Assembly (NCBI GenBank): GCA_963768575.1
Contig: CAVYIJ010000009.1
Location: 27,899-91,898, forward strand
DNA length: 64,000 nt
Reading direction: 5' to 3'
Source of the DNA: an uncultured Halobacteria archaeon
GTDB lineage: Bacteria > Pseudomonadota > Gammaproteobacteria > UBA9214
This document shows, piece after piece, positions 62,518 through 64,000 of this stretch (positions are counted from its first letter, which is position 1; every line of letters begins with the position of its first letter). The position numbers were made by a program, and so were the translations under genes. Below the pieces are notes generated by a model that worked only from the letters and a program-made list of their open reading frames with translations, ran no database searches and had not been told where the DNA came from.

Positions 62518-63441
62518 ATGATCGTTTTGTTCACCGACTTCGGCCTGGAAGGTCCCTGGATCGGCCAGGTCGAGGCCGTGCTGCACCAGCAGGCTCCGGG
62601 TGTACCGGTGGTGAACCTGTTTGCCGATCTGCCGCCTTTCGATATCCGCTCGGCCGCCTGCCTGTTGCCGGCCTACAGCTCGCGCTTCCCGTCCGGCACG
62701 GTATTCCTGTGCGTGGTCGATCCCGGTGTCGGCGGAGAACGGCCGGGGGTCATCGTGCAGGCCGGCGACCACTGGTTTGTCGGGCCGAATGAAGGCCTGT
62801 TTGCATTGCTTGCGCGACGTGCGGCACAAGTGAAATGCTGGGAATTGCCGGCAGCTGGAGCGGCATCTGCCAGTTTCCACGCGCGCGACGTGTTTGCGCC
62901 GGCCGCCGCACGGCTGGCACGGGACAACAAGGTTACGGGAGAGCCGGTGGCAGCCGTGACGCTGGAACAGCCCGGACTGGCCGGATGACTTGCCGCAGGT
63001 TGTCTACATTGACCGTTTCGGCAATGCCATTACCGGTCTCCGGGCGGCGTGATTGCCGCGGACACGGTACTGACGGTGGCCGGACAGCGCGTGCAGCGGG
63101 GACGCACCTTTTCATCCGTCGCGGTCGGTGAAATCTTCTGGTATGAAAATTCCAACGGGCTCGTCGAGATTGCCGTGAACAGGGGGAGGGCAGACGCAAT
63201 GGCGGGCTTGTCAGTTGGTACCGTGATTGATTGTAGGAGCGGGCTTGCGTACCGGAATAAGGCCGCTATGCAGCCTTGTAGTCAAACCGCGGAAGGCATG
63301 GAGAAGGAGACCGGGAACCCCGGTCGAGAGGCTGGCCGGGCCATGCCGTTAGCTGCCAGCCGTGATACATGTCTCGCGCCAGGCCGCAAATTTGTTCTTA
63401 CGCGAATGTCTGCAGGAAATACAGCCGGGTCGCGGAAATAA
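62518..63441 (+). pseudogene. SAM hydroxide adenosyltransferase (DUF62, fluorinase/chlorinase-like family) with two 1-nt frameshifts at ~62975 and ~63040
   Basis: Frame 1 MIVLFTDFGLEGPWIGQ...FLCVVDPGVGGERPGV...FVGPNEGL...TLEQPGL; frame 2 PDDLPQVVYIDRFGNAITGLRAA then TGA; frame 3 IAADTVLTVAGQRVQRGRTFSSVAVGEIFWYENSNGLVEIAVNRG. Confidence 0.6.
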
Positions 63442-63449
63442 AACCAGCT

Positions 63450-64000
63450 TCAGGCAGTCAGGTCTTGCAGCTGTTCATATTCGAATTCGATGAACCCGTC
63501 GCGGTTGTTTTCCAGCCAGTAGAGCAGTTCGGCCCAGGTTACACGGTCTTTCTGCGCGTCCCGGTCATTCAATTCATGGATGCCGAGCCCCTGTCCGGCG
63601 GCACTGACGTAGTGCTGGGTATCGCGAATGCGTGCAATGACGGGAATTTCCAGTTTTTTGAGAAAGCGTTCCAGTTTCTCAACCGCCCGAGTGCGGATGC
63701 GCGTGCGGTTTGTGACGATGGCGAGGCCGGTGTTGTGGGTGCGTGCCTTGCCGATCAGTAACACGTCCCTGATGAAGTCGGCGGTCGAATTGATATCGAT
63801 CGTGGAGGGTAACACCGGAATGAGTATAAAGTCGGCATCAGCGACACGGTCCTCGATATCCACCAGTCCGCACCCGGCCGGCGTGTCGGTAATAATATAA
63901 CGGGTATCTTGCGGGACCTTCATCTGCCAGGCGCGCGTGGTGCCCACGCGTGGCGGTTCATATGCGGCAACCCCGTGAATCGATGGCTGGCCGGGCGGGC
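63450..64000 (-). CDS. ParA/MinD-like ATPase, C-terminal part (N-terminus beyond window end)
   Basis: ...YIITDTPAGCGLVDIEDRVADADFILIPVLPSTIDINSTADFI...; reading frame stays open to position 64000. Confidence 0.55.
   Translation of the reverse strand, partial: PPGQPSIHGVAAYEPPRVGTTRAWQMKVPQDTRYIITDTPAGCGLVDIEDRVADADFILIPVLPSTIDINSTADFIRDVLLIGKARTHNTGLAIVTNRTRIRTRAVEKLERFLKKLEIPVIARIRDTQHYVSAAGQGLGIHELNDRDAQKDRVTWAELLYWLENNRDGFIEFEYEQLQDLTA

Noticed and set aside
62455-62880. 141-aa minus-strand ORF overlapping the DUF62 gene
   Set aside because: Opposite-strand ORF of a recognisable gene; no independent support

Overview
GC-rich (~60%) proteobacterial chromosome segment whose core (25.9-58.2 kb, + strand) is the conserved translation/transcription supercluster: tRNA-Tyr/Gly/Thr, tufB, tRNA-Trp, secE, nusG, rplKAJL, rpoBC, the str operon (rpsL, rpsG, fusA, tufA) fused to the S10, spc and alpha operons, ending at rplQ. 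Every ORF in this ~32 kb block is intact. Upstream (1-25.7 kb, mostly - strand) is accessory DNA. It holds the 3' half of an MSHA-type type IV pilus cluster (mshI-J-K-L-M-N-E-G). MshE there carries the tandem 24-residue MshEN c-di-GMP-binding motifs, and the secretin mshL and the mshJ/K region are broken by many 1-nt frameshifts. It also holds a three-gene operon of a TonB-dependent receptor, a YfiR-like DUF4154 protein and a CHASE8-like/HAMP/GGDEF/EAL sensor, which reads as a variant of the YfiBNR c-di-GMP module and is my main candidate for a novel system. The region 20.8-23.7 kb is a low-GC islet (RelE/ParE-antitoxin pair, SOUL, PNPOx-like). Outside it lie an MBL hydrolase, YtoQ, a secreted dockerin-containing protein and a fatty-acid hydroxylase. 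Downstream of rplQ (58.3-64 kb) are an L,D-transpeptidase, DUF77, DUF1223, GFA, a frameshifted DUF62 (SAM hydroxide adenosyltransferase) gene and a partial ParA-like ATPase. Other notable sequence-level signals: an exact 13-mer (IHF-consensus-like) shared by the upstream regions of the msh operon and the TBDR/YfiR/GGDEF-EAL operon; a near-consensus sigma-54 promoter in front of mshI; and 12-bp direct repeats bracketing a small membrane ORF in the low-GC islet. A striking pattern is that single-base indel frameshifts hit only accessory genes, while >30 essential genes are perfect. No rRNA, CRISPR array, integrase or transposase was seen.
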